Below are positions 48,701-58,288 of a stretch of 64,000 nt of DNA, piece by piece. The stretch spans positions 19,341,648-19,405,647 of the forward strand of contig NC_092673.1 in assembly GCF_964355755.1 (NCBI RefSeq), given 5' to 3'. Positions within the stretch are counted from its first letter, which is position 1, and each line of letters begins with the position of its first letter. The notes under the pieces were generated by a model that worked only from the letters and a program-made list of their open reading frames with translations, did not search any database and was not told the DNA's origin. Made by a program: the position numbers and the translations under genes. This DNA is from Antedon mediterranea. Its lineage: Eukaryota > Animalia > Echinodermata.

Positions 48701-50890
48701 CACTCTCTGGTATTAAAAATGTTGTGCAACATACACCATTGTAAATACCCTCAAGTTTGCCGCATCTCCTCTAACGCACAAATTTAGACTTGTGCGTTAT
48801 TTGTATAATAAATTATTTGTCTTTGTTAATATCAATGAATGGGTACCATGATTTATCCAGTGCATACATGTTCTAGAAATGGATATGTGTATATGGCACG
48901 TCATTGTGAGAGTCTAACAAATACGCAGAGTATTTATATTATAATATCATGGACTATAAAGCTCTGTATGTTGTGAAACCTCTGTAAGCGCTGATCATAC
49001 AGTAGAAAATTGAGGAAAAAAACTAAACCCAAACCTAAGTATGTGATATGCCCTTGCAATGTGTGACTTGGCCCGTCATCCCCGACTCGGTGCTTCCTAC
49101 CCTAGTAAAGACAATATAACTATAACAAGATATCAAATTTATATTCATGAAAGTGTTTTGGTATTGCGACTCGTAAACAAGCTTAAATTTGGTAAATCAC
49201 CAGGTCAAGATGGTATAACTTCTACTATGCTCAAGATAACTGCTACATTTATTGCTGAGCCGCTTTAAAAATTGTTTAATTTATCCCTCTCAACCGGTAA
49301 CATTCCCAATGACTGGTTGAAGGCCAACGTGATTCCTATTCATAAATGAAATTGGTATAGACAATTTTAAGTAGCAAATTTATGTTAGTGGCGGTTTTCA
49401 TCGCTGTTGGTTTTGATCGAATAAAAAATAAAATGATGAAGGAAACAACAGAATGTGATGATGATCTAAAACACTTCAATAGTTTATAAAATACATTGCT
49501 GCTTTTATTATAACAATTGAACATATGATATTGTGCTGTAGTGCTGGCAATATAGAATTTGAATGGCATCCATTGAATTCATTTCATTTCATTTCATTCA
49601 TTTTTTTCATCAAAAAAAAATAATTATAAAACATGTAAAGATAAAATGCATAAAAGATGAAAAGGATCAACAACAAAAAGCTAAAAGCTTATACAGGGTT
49701 GAAGACCTAAAATAACAACTATAAAACAGCTAATAATATAATAGGAAATATACAATATTAAAATATATATATAAAGTAACATTATTTCATTATTGTATGT
49801 TTTATTTTTGTGGATTTTTACTTTTATGTTAAACCAAGACAACGAAAAGGAATAAAATTACCTTCGTGACGTTTCGCCGACAATCTGTCAGCTGCTTCAA
49901 ACTAATGCCTGGGTTGGAATGGTCTGGTTTTTTGTAAGTGACGCTGAACAGCGCCACCAGCCGTCTGGTTGGTATTGACGGTAGAGCGTCTCCGCTGGCC
50001 CCCTCCTGCTTCAACTTTTTCCAGCAAACTATCATATGTATGTGGGAGGTCATACCCACCAATGTCTCTGTTGATATTCTATACTGATGATTAAGTAAAA
50101 ATTTATTTTGATTTTTGAGTGGGTACAATAATGATCACTGTCAAATGAATGTCCTGTCATTTTATTTGCAGACAACAAGACAATTGCAGGATCGAAAACT
50201 TGCGACAATTTCCAAGACCTAAAAGCTGGTCTCAGTGGTTGCTTTGATGGCGAAAGATATCGTTGGCTAAGGTTCCTACTATTTGATAAGTTGGATGTCG
50301 GTGAAATTACAAATCAAGATTTCAATGGACATGACTTACTCAATGTACTTGAAGCTAAAGGTTTAATCTTATCAACCAATGTTAATTTGCTGTTGGAGAT
50401 TACAAAGTTATCAGATATCAAATATGCCAAAGATCTTGTATCAAAGTATATGAGAGACAACGTTCAGTTTAGAAATACTGATAAAACCAAGTTGTCGTTT
50501 TACAGAAAGCGGCTGTTTAAAGCCCTGAAACAAGTTGACCCACGTGCATTACGTAATGTTATATCTTTCTACAAGTTAAGAAGATATAGCTTCTCCAATG
50601 TTTGGGATGCAGTTCTCTATCTGGAGATTCAGCAATTATTAGCAGATGATCCAGACAAAATAAATCGGTTTGCAGATCGTCTTGGCACAATAGCAAGTAA
50701 CATTCTACTTGGTATGCATTTCTACTTTATATTATATTAAGTTTTTTGTATTGTTATTGAATCATTCATTTTTTAAACAGTTTACGTAATTGTAATTTGA
50801 TTCAAATTAATAATATCTGGTTTACTTTATTTATTAAAGTTGATTATTTACATTAAATGATTATTTTTAGGCGATAGTGGGAAGAAATGA
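24378..50890 (+). CDS. Spliced ankyrin-repeat / Roc GTPase / COR / tandem DED-like protein (kinase-less ROCO family), ~1316 aa
   Basis: Hand-built GT-AG model with consistent phases. Coding exons: 24378-24385, 24630-24726, 27928-28035, 28255-28365, 28587-28697, 30590-30697, 30917-31027, 31246-31353, 31572-31679, 31900-32007, 32227-32331, 33234-33318, 35694-35786, 37777-37936, 38233-38318, 38650-38714, 39924-39999, 41694-41851, 42268-42357, 42552-42731, 42967-43218, 43926-44120, 44571-44765, 45001-45303, 45402-45473, 45842-46061, 46871-46906, 47350-47391, 50172-50711, 50871-50890 (sum 3951 nt, no internal stop). Motifs: GxTPLH ankyrins, P-loop GQEGVGKT, switch I HKVTDGI, G3 WDHGGQ, G4 VGTHKG, COR-like VPLKW and LYDLGEIVY...VLDP. 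Confidence 0.85.
24843..25703. repeat. ~71-bp intronic minisatellite (~12 copies); mirrored at 1-110
   Basis: Unit taataatataaatacacactgatgatgggggtataacctgcatgtactgattaaccacattaggctaaaaa. Confidence 0.95.
25755..27136. mobile_element. Old hAT-like non-autonomous element in intron 2
   Basis: Termini cagaggtcccaa / ttgggacccctg with subterminal gcggtag repeats at 27027-27122. No TSD recovered. Confidence 0.5.
27655..32380 (+). repeat. Tandem array of ~327-bp intron+exon units, each exon encoding one ankyrin repeat (9 intact units, one collapsed unit, interrupted by a hAT-like element)
   Basis: Each unit has acceptor gattcctttccag and donor gtaatg/gtattg. Exons are 105, 108 or 111 nt. Translations: NGDTPLHSYLGSGYRSTLEIVTCLIQHGTPVALQNK; DGDTPLHSYLWSSMYPPTLEIVTCLIQHGAPATLQNK; SGDTPLHSYLRSGCTAPTLEIVTCLIQHGAPVALQNE; NGNTPLHSYLERKYPHTLAIVTCLIQHGAPATLQNK; YGETLLHIYLWAGYTAPTLEIVTCLIQHGTPLALQKK; SGDTLLHLYLGSGYRPTLEIVTCLIQHGTPLALQNK; DGNTLLHSYLGSGYRPTLEIVTCLIQHGTPLALQNK; DGDTPLHSYLSSVYAPTLEIVTCLIQHEAPLALQNK; NGDTLLHSYLRSGYPTLEIVTCLIQHGTPVALQSK. 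Confidence 0.93.
28743..30409. mobile_element. Non-autonomous hAT-like element with a 6-bp TSD, inserted in an intron of the ankyrin array
   Basis: 14-bp TIR caggcctcgaattt / aaattcgaggcctg. TSD ctatag (28737-28742, 30410-30415) is confirmed by empty sites in sister units (aacattctatagatatg). Subterminal ggccttggtgccc repeats. Confidence 0.88.
33234..33318 (+). CDS. C-terminal capping ankyrin exon
   Basis: taatag|GAT GGA AAT ACA CCT...TTA GAA G|gtaagt = DGNTPVSLLESNRWIKEHSKTEILNFLE. It enters in phase 0, exits in phase 1, and is unique (non-array) sequence. Confidence 0.8.
33890..34910. repeat. ~120-bp direct repeats (33890-34012, 34786-34908) flanking a tagatag/ctatcta-rich, probably transposon-derived segment
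   Basis: ttcgcattc(a/g)aggcaaacaatttacgataggaggagataaatattgaatataaaaat...cacacatttt occurs twice. Confidence 0.7.
35835..37130 (+). mobile_element. Non-autonomous Helitron
   Basis: A|TCTATATATAAA 5' end; subterminal hairpin gtacgcgagcgaagcgagcgtgc; 3' CTAG|T; no TSD. A diverged inverted fragment of the same family lies at ~27300-27445. Confidence 0.65.
37241..37550 (-). mobile_element. tRNA-derived SINE (Cys-GCA-like head, CORE-like body)
   Basis: Minus strand ggagcactgtggcgcagtggttagagcattggacttgcaatcaagaggttgtcggttcaagccc, then tccttgagcaag...cccaggtgatagaaatgggtaccgg. Flanking direct repeat agtactgtaaaaa. Confidence 0.85.
37777..43218 (+). CDS. Roc (Ras-of-complex) GTPase domain exons of the ANK-ROCO gene
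   Basis: LKVIGQEGVGKTCLINACLG (P-loop), FEEEHKVTDGI (switch I), FNIWDHGGQLIYHGIHR-MFMTLQALYIVVFDLS (switch II and beta4), PTILIVGTHKG (G4), YFAVEN (G5 region). This is the canonical ROCO motif order. Confidence 0.88.
38786..39711. mobile_element. MITE with ~35-bp TIRs, flanked by TA
   Basis: cgcacgtattcttaaaccggactgtagtcgtagttc / gaactacgactaaagtccggtttaagaatacgggcg. The same end occurs at ~2695-2770 and ~21836-21910. Confidence 0.8.
40035..40862. mobile_element. Unclassified dispersed repeat with a ~135-bp subterminal palindrome
   Basis: aaatataagattagacatccc...gggatgtctaatcttatattt hairpin at ~40696-40831. Outer boundaries are approximate. Confidence 0.5.
41095..41590. repeat. Compound (ATG/AAC-rich) minisatellite, ~56-65-bp unit
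   Basis: Unit gatgacgactcggtgtaacaatgattatgaagactgcaatgatgataatgacaacaat; intronic. Confidence 0.9.
43130..46061 (+). CDS. COR domain exons of the ANK-ROCO gene
   Basis: EVPLKWMRF, LNFLYDLGEIVY, AVLDPMQLVEIVTTFV, GILEEKLLRKLW, LVALMIQLGFIC, FFVPLRL and GYLPDVLFPYMI match COR-A/COR-B patterns that follow Roc. Confidence 0.8.
44299..44490 (-). mobile_element. 5'-truncated SINE fragment
   Basis: (aaggta)n tail and the cccctactcttttcgaatagtg...ttctttaacgtgc motif common in invertebrate SINE bodies. Confidence 0.55.
46157..46538. repeat. 88-bp tandem repeat (~4.3 copies)
   Basis: Unit tactatcagaatcattattgataatctatacattgttacaacatgctgctattagctgtgatatcttcattcctcttaccagtagtag. Confidence 0.95.
47638..48482. 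mobile_element. Dispersed repeat with ~33-bp inverted repeats; related copies at ~53930-54230, ~54495-56190 and ~62971-63600
   Basis: tatatcacaagaatgagtaatccgcgatttt / aaaatcgcggaatactcattcttgtgatatata. Internal sequence matches the reverse complement of 55100-55250 and 55920-56180. Confidence 0.6.
49130..49345 (+). pseudogene. CR1/L2-type LINE reverse transcriptase fragment
   Basis: LVNKLKFGKSPGQDGITSTMLKITATFIAEPL*KLFNLSLSTGNIPNDWLKANVIPIHK, the conserved pre-RT region of non-LTR elements, with an in-frame stop. Confidence 0.85.
49830..50095 (-). mobile_element. Penelope-like element 3' fragment with a degenerate minimal hammerhead motif
   Basis: Minus-strand frame INRDIGGYDLPHTYDSLL (GIY-YIG C-terminal LNRD motif), followed by ttgaagca-gctgacagattgtcggc-gaaacgtc. 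Confidence 0.75.
50172..50711 (+). CDS. Tandem death-effector-domain-like (death-fold) exon
   Basis: FQDLKAGLS...WLRFLLFD...DLLNVLEAKGLILSTNVNLLLEI...KDLVSKY, then LSFYRKRLFKALKQVD...VWDAVLYLE. This resembles the DED1-DED2 arrangement of caspase-8/FLIP prodomains. Phase 1-1, 540 nt. Confidence 0.65.
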
Positions 50891-51792
50891 GACACCAATG
50901 TGAACAAAGTGAAGGTAAATTATTCATAAATATTATACAAGAATGGGAGAAAAACATAAAAAAGTTTTAAAAAGAAAGATTATATGAATATAATGACATA
51001 GAAGTTGGTGATATTGAGGATGATATTACTCTAAAATTTAGGATTTATAATACACCGAATATAATAATGTAGATTATTATTATAGGAATAAAATAATAGT
51101 GAGTAGTTTTTTTGTAGTTGTTTCTAAAAGCTGATTATAGATATAGAAAATTGTTGAATTGAATTAATATTATAATCATATTCAAACAATGATGATGATT
51201 TAAACAATACTTATAACAATGCTGAATTTATTACTTAAAATTGAAAATGGTTTTGTGGACTTTCTTGAATTTTTATTCATAAATCTTAAAACAGTAATTA
51301 TGATAAGAATGCTATCTACTGAATTTATTACAAGAAATTAGAAATGATTTTGTGGTGTTCCATGAATTATACTGCAAACTTATTCAAATAATGATTATGA
51401 TTTCAACAATGATTATGATGCTAATCTACTGAATTTATTACATTGGAAAATATTGTGGTGTTTTATGAATTTATATTCATTATTCAAAATCTTAAAAAAC
51501 AATTACAATTTCCACAATAATCATGATAACTGTTATACTAAATTGATTGATACTGTTTTTCATTCGTATAGATCTCTCAGAGGATGATGATGAAGACTTA
51601 AGTCACAGACTTAGCCCAATGCAATAAACATGGACATCTATTCATACAAATGTTAGATGACGTTAAAGTGTTGAAAACTGGTACCAGTACAATCTATCTG
51701 TTAACTCTTTTATCTGTGAATTGAGTAGCGATTTGGTTGCGATGTAATGTTAGCGTGTCGTACTAAATTTCCCCTTGTTTTATGAGAAAGTA

Positions 51793-52307
51793 TCCCCTGA
51801 ATAGGGGTGTCCTAAAGAAGGGATTTACTCGAGTAGTAAAGAGGAGGGATGTGTCCCCTGAATAGGGTTCTCCTAAAGAAGGGGTTTGCTCCAGTAGTAA
51901 AGAGTAGGGGTGTGTCCCCTGAATAAGGTTGTCTTAAAAAAGGGATTTACTCCAGTAGTAAAGAGGAGGGGTGTGTCACCTGAATCTGGATGTGTCCCCT
52001 GAATAGGGGTGTCCTAAAGAAGGGGTATACTCCAGTAGTAAAGAGGAGGGGTGTGTCCCTTGAATAGGGATGTGTCCCCTGAATAGGGGTGTCCTAAAGA
52101 AGGGGTTTACTCCAGTAGTAAAGAGGAGGGGTGTGTCCCCTGAATAGGGGTGTCCTAAAGAAGGGGTTTACTCCAGTAGTAAAGAGGATGGGTGTGTTCC
52201 GTGAATAGGGATGTGTCCCCTGAATAGGGGTGTCCTAAAGAAGGGGTTTACTCCAGTAGTAAAGAGGAGGGGTGTGTTCCCTGAATAGGGATGTGTCCCC
52301 TGAATAA
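51793..52307. repeat. GC-rich minisatellite (59/78-bp units) downstream of the gene
   Basis: Unit gtgtcccctgaataggggtgtcctaaagaaggggtttactccagtagtaaagaggaggg. Confidence 0.9.
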
Positions 52308-55250
52308 GATTTCAGTGTACTAAACAGTACATGAATGTTGGTAACAAAGAAAAGACGACAAAACAAAATAACAATACTGGAACATTTACAAAAAATAACA
52401 GTAGGCCTACAAGCATGTGGGTATAAAACATTGCTACTGTTCCTTTTGCAGACATTACATATTGCTATATTTAGAGATAAGACCATTTTAACTGTTTTTA
52501 TATTTTGTTGTGCATTTATATTAGAGTCTCTATGTTGAAATTACAGCCAAAAATCAAATGACAAACATACATTTTTTGAATAAGAATTGATTTAAGTAAG
52601 AAGAATATGTGCTACCTCAGACCTCAATGCTATAAACGAATAATATATTAATAAATTAATTTTAGATTATAATTAGAATGTCTTGAGGAACAAAATATCT
52701 CAACTTAAATAATATGCCTATTTTCTTACATTTTGAAATAAACTATGAATATTATTTTTCCATTCTATCCAATTAAGAGATCCAATTTTGTTTAAAATGT
52801 TCCTTCTGTTTTGAAAAATAATTTAAAAAAAATAAAAATAATCCACTCTTGATTCCCGTTTTTATAAAAAAAAATATTTTCCCCTGAAGGAATTCAACCT
52901 TGCTTGTCAAATGAAACGACAACATTATAGTACAGTACAGTAAATGAACTGAGATTAAATATTAATTAATTATCCAATTTTTTTTTTAACTTGAGAGAAT
53001 ATCCAGTTAATTATATAGTTTTATATGCAGAATTACAAAACCAAAAATATATGCAAATGAGACCAGGTAAACGGAAGAACAGAATCAGAGCCATATATAT
53101 AAAGTCGTAACTATATATATATGGCTCTGAACAGAATTAAATCTAAATTAATGTTTGATGAATTGTTTATACCAGGGAGTTACAACTCCCTGTTTATACA
53201 GTAGTGTTCAATTTTTTTGTACAGTACTCAATTATATATTTGTTATGAATGAATTTTATAATGTCTATTTGTTGAATGAATATATTTTGATGTTTTTTCA
53301 CTTTTAATTCAATTTTAATTAAACTCAATTCAGTATGCTGCTATGTTTTAATGTTATTCATATTTTTTAATAAATACTAAATTATGAATGAAAAACTTAT
53401 TTGTTTATTTGTAAGGATAGTGTTTTTTGAAGGGGAGATTTTAACATCGAGGATATAAAATTATACGTTCTAGCTATTGTTAAAAATGTATTGTATATTA
53501 TAGGAATAATAATATCCATTTCAACAACCCGCTGGAGGTCGAGTAATAAAGTTCTTCGATAATATTGCCGCGATAAAAATATGTAGACAAATTGTGATTG
53601 CGCCCTCTATAAAAAATAAAGTTTTATAAACATCACACACATTAAACAGAAAGAATGTCCGAAACAAGAAGTAAGTTTTGTTTCATTATTATCATACCAT
53701 ATCATATACGGAATTCTTTATACTGTGTTGTTTTAATAGCAGGTCTTTTTTTGGATCTTATATTCGTATCCTAGGGCTAGGCTATAGGCCCTACCTAGCT
53801 AGCTAACAAACTAGGCCAGGTCTAGGCCCTAGAATAGTAGGCTAGGTAGCCTAGAGGGCCTAGCTAGGCCTCTACTACTACTACTAGCTAGGCCGAACCA
53901 TCTACGTACTACACTACTAGGCCTAGGGGCGCTAGTTCCGTTTCGCACCTGTCTTTTATTCCGACTCCAAATGTGTTAAGGAACTTTATCCTGAATACCA
54001 CACTTTAGAATTAGACCTCATAAGTACTTTTACGATGGAGAATCACAGAAAAAGTAACAAATATATCCTTTAAATCGATGAAATTATAGACATGTTTCTT
54101 GCACGTGGTTTGTGAATTTCGCACACTCCATGTTCTATATATTGACATTTCTATGGAGCGCCAAAAGAGCAACTATAATAGAGGGCTAAAAAGGCAGTGG
54201 AATGCGCATATTTAATGCATCTATTGGTGAAAATTACGTTCAATTTAAATATATTTTATCAATGTTAATACAACTAAACTGTTGATACTGTACATGGTTT
54301 TCGACAAATCGACAAATTCATCATCATAAGATGTACTGTAGGTTATTATTATTATTATTATTATTATTTATTGCCAAAAACCAGTTACAAACAAACAAAA
54401 CACAGAAACTAAGGGAGTAGGCAGGAACCTAAAAGTGAACCTAATCACTATAACAAGAGTTCAGGTTCCGTACTCCCAAAGTAACAACCTATTATATACC
54501 TCAATGATCTAAATAATATCCGTTTTAGTCCTGGGCATAGACCAATTAGATGCTGATTTAGGATCGTTTAATAATGTTCTTTGAAAACAGCACATTATCG
54601 CCAGTAACATGTAACAATTGACAAAAAATTGTGAATTAAAACGTGTATTTCATAAATAGATGCATTAAAAGTAGACGCATTCCACTGAATTTTTAACCCT
54701 CTATTATAGTTGCTCTTTTGGCGCTCCATAGAGACGAAAAAAATGAACTTCGTGTATGTGAAATTTGCGAACGGTGTGCAAGAAACACGTCTGTAAAATC
54801 ATCAATTTAAAGGATTTACTTGTTACTTTTTATGTGATTCTTCTTCATACAAGTACTTATGAGGCCCCAATTCTAAGGTGTGGTATTCAAAATAAGTTTG
54901 GAGTCCAAATAAAACAGCTAGGGCCAGGCATGGCCCAGGCGAACAGGGAGCCCAATAATGTTGTAAGACGATTGGGACAAGAGACGATCGGGCACCAAAT
55001 AAAAATGTAGGGTCTCACAACTAAATGACAACTCAAACAAATGTTTGTGCTCCCGAAGCCATCTTGCAGAGATGACCAGCTGAGAGTAAAAACGGAGAAT
55101 ATATTACAAGAATGAGTAATCTGCAATTGTTGCATTAGAAATTTGTAACAGAGCATGGATGCCCGCCCTCGTGAGAGCGGATGTATACAAACTAAAGAAG
55201 ACTTGATTTGACAGATATTATGTCATATTATTAATAGAATTATGATAATA

Positions 55251-55766
55251 CAGTAGAACCTTCATTTTACGTACGGTACGCGTGAGACAAAAAGACATAC
55301 GTAAAACATGGGATTCGTAAAATCCAGGTTGACCTTAAATTGACCCCAAATACGTAGATTATAGCTAAAAAGGCTGCCATGTTTTCCTACAGTACTTTAC
55401 TGCACAGCATGCAGGTTGTCACTAGCTAGGCCTTGCCTAGACTAACCTAGGGCCAGGCCAGGCTAGCAGGCCTAGCAAGATGTGAGGCCTAACTAGAAAA
55501 GTGCAGTAATACAGGCTGTGCGATGTTTAAATAAAGTGTTTTAAATAAAATATCAATGTTCTTGTATTTTCCATAATAAAAACAGTCGCTGCTGTAGGTG
55601 GAATGCACATGTGTACTGTAGCTTGTCTCTCACACAGCAGAGTTCCTCACACAGCCATGGCTTTGTGCTTGTTGTTAAATTGCGCCCTCAATGTAAAAAA
55701 TGATGATGTCATCAGTCATTTTAAGCGTACGTAAAATCCAGGGAACGTAAAACAGAGGTTCTACTG
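55251..55766. mobile_element. Tc1/mariner(pogo)-type MITE
   Basis: TA|cagtagaaccttcattttacgt ... acgtaaaacagaggttctactg|TA. Confidence 0.85.
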
Positions 55767-56649
55767 TATATTTAAATTTGATTTCTTTAATTTAATTTAT
55801 ATTGTTACATGTTTATGTCTCGTCATATTGTATTTTTGTGAGGGTCCCTAATGGTCAGCTTCGGCTGGATGGACCACCCTCATAAAATATTGTTGAAATA
55901 AAAATAAATAAATAATACATTTTATAAAACATATTTAATAACAAACTATGGGTACATTCACTTCTACAGAAAATTATTAAATTAGTTCACAAAGAAAGAC
56001 CGAACCACAACAACAAACATCTACCCAGCGTTACTCAGCATGGTCTATTCTTTGCTGCGTAATAGTCTATGCCCGGTAAATTAAGTAATTTAGTTATGAT
56101 ATAAATGTTACATTTGATTAATATTTATTTTTTCTACTAGAAACAAGCTAAATAGATATTATTAAACTATCCTTCGTGAAAACAAGTCAACAAAAATCTA
56201 TCTGCTATGCCAGGGCTAGGTAGTGCCATTGTTAACCCACTCACTAGTTCATCCTCATTATCACTTTGGTAATAGTAGTGTACAATGATTGAGTACAGAG
56301 TATTGACATATTTCATTTTATTATCACTCTGTGTAAATATAACCAAAATGGTAATAGTACAGAGAGTTATAAACTGCTGTGTGTTCTATTTATTATCTTT
56401 GTTTAACATTAGAATACAATGTTAATATTAAATCTATGGTAAAGATAATCTGATAACAAATTGTATAACAGGAACTCCATAATCAAAACAAACAAATCAT
56501 TAATAACAATTTCTACCCTGGTTTTCTGTATAAGTGTTATAATGAACTTGTTATCAATATCATATAAACTGTCTGACCAGAGCAATATGTACAAAAATAT
56601 ATTTAGATTATAAAGATAATAAATGTTTGCTAAAGTATTCTGACTGTAC

Positions 56650-56849
56650 TGTATATAGACCCTGAACCAGACTAGATCAAATGTGGGATCAAATGTGAGA
56701 ACAAATTACCTACAGTCTTTAATATGACTGTATATAGACCCTGAACCAGACCAGATCAAATGTGAGATAACAAATTACCTACAGTCTTTAATATGACTGT
56801 ATATAGACCCTGAACCAGACCAGATCAAATGTGAGATAACAAATTACCT
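56650..56849. repeat. ~72-bp tandem repeat (~3 copies)
   Basis: gactgtatatagaccctgaaccagaccagatcaaatgtgagataacaaattacct is repeated. Confidence 0.85.
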
Positions 56850-56901
56850 ATCAGAGGTCCATGTAGCCCATTCAAATAAGACCAATTTTGACAAATATAG
56901 T

Positions 56902-57050
56902 CAGGGCCGTACACAGGATTTTATTTGAGTGGATGCGGATTAATATATTTTGGACCGTTTTCATAATATTGAGTGAAGACGATAAGACCCTATAAAATGT
57001 TGACCTTTTGCAATTTGGGGGGACCGCACCCCCACCTGTGTACGACCCTA
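56902..57050. mobile_element. Short element with 15-bp inverted repeats and a GC hairpin
   Basis: agggccgtacacagg / cctgtgtacgaccct, with gggggaccgcaccccc just inside the right end. Confidence 0.5.
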
Positions 57051-58288
57051 ATGATATTATCATTATCAACTGTATGTTGTATAATGATATAATATTTGAG
57101 ATTGAGTGCATGTTTTAAACGCTTTATGTAACGTCCACCAACCACATGAACTTGCTCTATTACTACATCATTGACATTGTCGCCCGTTATGAAATGTCTG
57201 GATTCAACATTACTAGGTCTAGCCCCGGGGCTGAGTCACATAATCAGCGCACACATCCACGCAGCCTGGCTCCGCCGATAGGCATTCTCTACAGACTCGA
57301 TATTTAAAAAAAATCCAAAGTCCTTATACAATGACGTCACACACGTACCAGTACCCCATTGGCTGATTATGACGTAATGCAATTTTACAGTACCTTTAGC
57401 AAAGAGAAGTTAGGATACGGTACCATAATCTTTAGCCACGGCGTAGGTTTATACACCTCAATGATCTAAATAATATCCCTCCTAGTCATAGTCCCGGGCA
57501 TGGACTAATTAGATGCTGATTTAGGGTCGGTTAATGTTCTTTGAAAACCGCACATTATCAGCGGTAACATGTAACAACTTTTTTATTGACAAAAAAAAAT
57601 TGGAAATTAAATGTTTATTTCATAATAGATGCATTAAAAGTAGTAGTCTGGGCTCCAGACGGAGTTTTTTCTTAATATTAGTAAAACTATAAATATTTTT
57701 GCACATATGGCGTTTCATACGTGTATTACTTGAGTTTGGATACTCCGTCTGGGGAAACACGCAAAAGTCACGTGGTTTGACACCAAGAATTCTTGGTGCA
57801 TAGATTATCCGGTTGACTAGTTTCAGCTGCATGCGATTGGCTACTCACTCATACACTGTTTTAATATTCATGTTTCAGAATTTCAAAGACTCAACAACTA
57901 AGAAGGTACGCATGTGCTATGTTACGTTTAGACAATGTGTACTTGGGTACATTAATGAAAGTTTCTGAAGGCTAGAAATGATTTTATACCGTATGCCTAG
58001 TAGTAGTCTGGTAAACATTTGATGGGATTTTTCCCAAGAAAACTCGTCTTGCTTCTCCGCAAATCAAACATTGAATGGATCATTATTACGCGGAGATAAT
58101 TTGATTTAATTCCCACCCAGACCCTGTCCTGTTCTGTGTAGTGGTGTACAACTCCCTGGACTGGTGTAGCCCTGTCTGTTGTGTGTGAATCCTGTTGTGT
58201 GCCGGTGGTGGTATGTAGGCCTACCTTATTGGTATTTTATTTGGCAGGTCATACGTGCGAGTTGAGTAGGACCTACGAAGGAGGCCTA

